The notes beneath the pieces were generated by a model. The model worked only from the letters and a program-made list of their open reading frames with translations. It did no database searches and was not told the origin of the DNA. A program made the translations under genes and the position numbers. From assembly GCF_021028975.2 (NCBI RefSeq), contig NC_059436.1, positions 36,022,001 to 36,086,000 of the forward strand: DNA of 64,000 nucleotides, in the 5' to 3' direction. Source of the DNA: Sphaerodactylus townsendi (Eukaryota). Numbering within the stretch: the first letter of the stretch is position 1; every line of letters begins with the position of its first letter. Shown piece by piece: positions 60,277 through 64,000 of this stretch.

Positions 60277-62537
60277 AGCTAGATAAATAACACACCACAA
60301 GACCAAAAGGGAAACAATGGGAAAGTCTCAATTTTTCATTGATGCATCCAGCCTATTCACAAATAAAGCAGGAATGCTATCCATTCATCACATTTGTCCA
60401 GCTGAAGAGTGAACATGGAAAGGAGGCTTGGGGAAAAGCCAGGGTTCAGGTTCCTTCTGCTCATTTTTATGTAAAAAGCAGCCCCCAACCGTACCTCTCA
60501 TCCACCCTTTATACATGAACTGGGCCCTTATCAAACATGGACGTCCCTGTCACATCCAGTTTTGCCAAAGAGAATTCTGGGTATTAGGATTGGTACAGCT
60601 GAACCTTTAAAACTGTAATTTATTGGAAGGGTATCAAAAGGATGTGAACTGTGACCCTCCCTGGCCACAAAGGGGCTTTTACTTTTGCCACTGCTAATGG
60701 AGAAACCTAGGATTCAATGAAAGAAGCACGTCACCAGGGTATCTTTATGAGATAATATTTGAACAATACGATATTATTATTATATGATAATATGAGATAA
60801 TATTTTAATGCAGTCAACTGACCATCCTCCCAAGTCTGTTAGATATCCTCTTGAAACTTCACTGAATCCAGTTAGTTCACAAGTCAGGAGTAAAGGAGGA
60901 CTTTGTGACTATCTCCTTTCTTGGAGCACCCTGATGTTGCTTGTTGTAGGTTACACCTGGAAACCAGGTTCCAGGTGCACCGGACTGCACATGGCTGTTG
61001 CTTTCTTTGATACCTACAGCAAACCACCAGCTCAGGAATGATTGATGATGGGCCATAACAGGGAAGAATGCATTGCAAGGACATACTCCATAATTAATGG
61101 GCAGTTCATATCCATCTCTGCCAAAGCGAGCCACAGGGCTATGTCCACTTTTAGGTACCGGTTATACAAGTTTAGTCAGGACACAGATAAAGTATCTTCA
61201 GTCACCCTTTCATTACCTCACTCCCGTGCTACAATTCCACACCTGATGCTGTTATTTATTCAGATATTTATAGGCTGCTTCTGTCTCCAGTGGGGACCCA
61301 AGGTGGCCGACCACTTCATTCTCCTCTCCTCCATTTTATCCTCACAACAGCCCTGTGAGGAAGGTTAGGCTGAGAGGGGGGGCGCCAAATAGGTGAGTTG
61401 AGATTCAATCCTGGGTCTCCCAGATCCTACTTTGGCACTCTGCTGCATGAGCAGAGAATGATGTATCTGGACAGACCTGCCTTTATTCTAGCTTCTAAGT
61501 CTGAAACTCACGAGACTTTACAAATCCTTCTGCAACAGACACACAGTGCAAATTTAATCCTGAAGTATGGTCCCACACTCTTATTTCTATCATTCCAAAC
61601 TATCCCTTTGGAGCACAGGACATGCAAACGTACGCATCAGGCATTGGGCCAATAATTCCTTGGAAAAGTCACCTTGTTTAGAATATGGTGGTTAAGTTTT
61701 TAACCAGAGCGTATTCAACAGAACCAAAGAATAACTAGTATCTAAAAACTCCAAGCACAATTCAATGCGTTGGTCAATTAACTTTAAAGTACTAAACCAG
61801 GGGTGTCCAACTCTGGTTCCATCAGCCCCTGCTAGCATGGGTCTGTTAGAACAGCCCTGTACTAAACTGTCTGGGACCCAGATATCTTCTTCCATATGAC
61901 CCTGGTCAGCTGCCAAGTCCATCATCTGAGGTTCTTTTTTTGCACCTGGCCACTACAGAGAGGGAATTCTCTGTAGAAACAATCTGCACATGGAGCTCCC
62001 TCTAATGAAAATACACCTGGTAACTTCCCTCTGATGCTTTTTGGCACCAGTCAAAGCCCACCCCTGGTTTCTCCATGCTTTTGGTATTAAGCTGGCTGCC
62101 TTCCAAATGAAAGTTTATTTTAATTCACTGTTACTTCTACCTGCTGCTGTATTTTCACTTCTAAACAAAGCGCAATTGCACTGAAAGTGCCCTGCAGCAT
62201 GAAAAGCTCTCTTCAAAACCCTAATAAAAACACTAAGTGTCTCAATATTGTCACAAAGTATACAGAGTATTTCGCCATAGACTCTCTGGCTTATATTGTT
62301 TACCAAATTAAACATTTGCTCACTATGCTCAGGTAAGAACATTCGCACACTACGCTCTGGTAAAAGCTTCTCCATCTAGTAGACAAAACACACATAGCTG
62401 CTTATATCGAATTCAACTATTAGTCCACCTCAGTTAATATTGGCTATACATACTGGCAGTGGCTCTCCAGGGTCTAAGGCACAGGTCTTTCATAGCACGA
62501 ATCTTACCTGATCCTTTTAGTTGGAGATGCTGTAGAC

Positions 62538-62683
62538 CAGGGGTGTTCAGTTCTGGCGCTTCAGATGTTCATGGACTGCAATCCCGATCAGCCCCTGCTG
62601 ACATGCTCAATTGGCCATGCCAGCAGGGGCTGATGGAAACTGTAGTCCATGAACATCTGAGGCACCAGAGTTGGACACTCCTG
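62538..62683. mobile_element. Short palindromic hAT MITE
   Basis: CAGGGGTG...CTCCTG inverted arms (agatgttcatggact/agtccatgaacatct) with an 8-bp TSD CTGTAGAC. Confidence 0.8.
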
Positions 62684-64000
62684 CTGTAGACTGAACTTGA
62701 GATTCCTACCTACCAAGCAGATGCTCTATCACTGAGCTGTGTCTGCATACCTGCTACAGCAATCATCCCTTTAAGCAGCAAAGAGCACTATGGTGCTCTT
62801 TCCAGCCCAAACTGCAGTGAGAGATCCACCAAACTGGGGAAAGCCAAAATATGCAGCCATGGTAAACACTGTAGAACTCCCTTTCTGAGCAAGGAGAATG
62901 GCTGTGATCTTGTCTGGCCTTTTCTAAAGCTGGAAAACAAACAGGAGAACAGGCTAGATGCTCATCCTTTCCAACTGCAGACCAAAAACCAAAGGCCAAG
63001 CAGTGGGAGGAAGAGAGGAAAGTATCACGTTCCACCTCCTGATGGGAAAGAGGTTTCTGCAGTTTGATTTCAGAAGGCAGGACGACTGGCAAAATAAGCA
63101 CCTGACATCAGGTGTGGTAGGACTATCAGAGGCAAAGCAAGGTTGCAAGGGATCTGAGTGCTTCTTATCCTGCCACTCCACAGAATATCACTGATATTCT
63201 ATCCTCTGAGAAAACAGCACAAGTCTGCAAGGTTAGATTACCAAATAGCACCTTGGGCTGAGACAAAGAAACCCTGCAGAGGGGCATGCTGTTATAGAAG
63301 ACCATGGATACATGCACCTCCAGAACCAGGGTCATTCGCTCCTACTGCAGAAAATTCATTTTCTCAGGTGTGGCTCTTACATTTTCCATGGATTTAAACA
63401 CATTCTGCCACATAAAAGAGATAAACATGCAATTATCCCCTGTGTTTTGATAACATTTGTTCATGGACTAACAATAATCAGATACCACCATGTTAATTTC
63501 ACAAGCAGCCACTGGGAAAAACAATTGGGTTTTAGTGTCGTTCACCTTGGTGTCATTCACTTACCTAACAAGGCATTGCAGCAGGCAGCCAGGATCCAGC
63601 TGGCAAAGTCCAATTCTGTGGCCCATATCTGACCCCAGAAAAGCAGTTAAACCTGTTCACGCTGAGGTTCAAAGGAATATTACCACCATGACAAGAATAT
63701 AAGAGCAGTATGATTGAGATAGGGACGGTCACTGCCTGCCTGCAGACCAAATCCAGTTTCCAGTCCTCTTTTCAGTTCCAGGTTGAAAGGAACCTCTTTT
63801 GGTGGGTTCCCCAATGGCCTCTACCTGACTTTTCATTTCCACTGGAAAGAGTAACTATCAGCGCATTCAGCCCAGGTGCTGGACTCTCCTCAGTCACATG
63901 AATCAAGGGAAATGAGTAGACATTCTGGCTCCTGTGAAGTTGGCTGGGATCAGTTCCCAAACTGATGCTGGTAGTCAACTGCTATCACAAGGACATTGGG

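Noticed and set aside
60300-64000. Assorted 60-110 aa ORFs in SLC31A1 intron 1
   Set aside because: No homology, motifs or exon structure. The lengths are as expected by chance.

Overview
Vertebrate nuclear DNA, almost certainly a squamate and probably a gecko, judged from the Squam3-like SINEs, 5S/Sauria-type SINE, Penelope and SPIN-type elements. The gene block matches human 9q32 synteny: the last six exons of WDR31 (+), an extra intronless RING plus transmembrane E3 ligase gene (-), RNF183 (+), a complete 14-exon PRPF4 (-) head-to-head with CDC26 (+), and all coding exons of SLC31A1/CTR1 (-), whose first intron runs off the right end. I checked the exon boundaries by hand for GT-AG and reading-frame phase. 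The rest of the window is transposon-rich: a full-length L1 nested inside a SPIN/URR1-like hAT MITE, RTE-X, CR1 and Rex1/Babar LINE fragments, SINEs and several MITE families. The best leads are a 194-bp near-perfect Penelope-derived palindrome with a minimal hammerhead ribozyme core on each strand, the additional RNF183-family paralogue, and the nested L1-in-SPIN insertion with both target-site duplications (TSDs) intact. Family and orthologue names come from recalled sequences, not from database searches.
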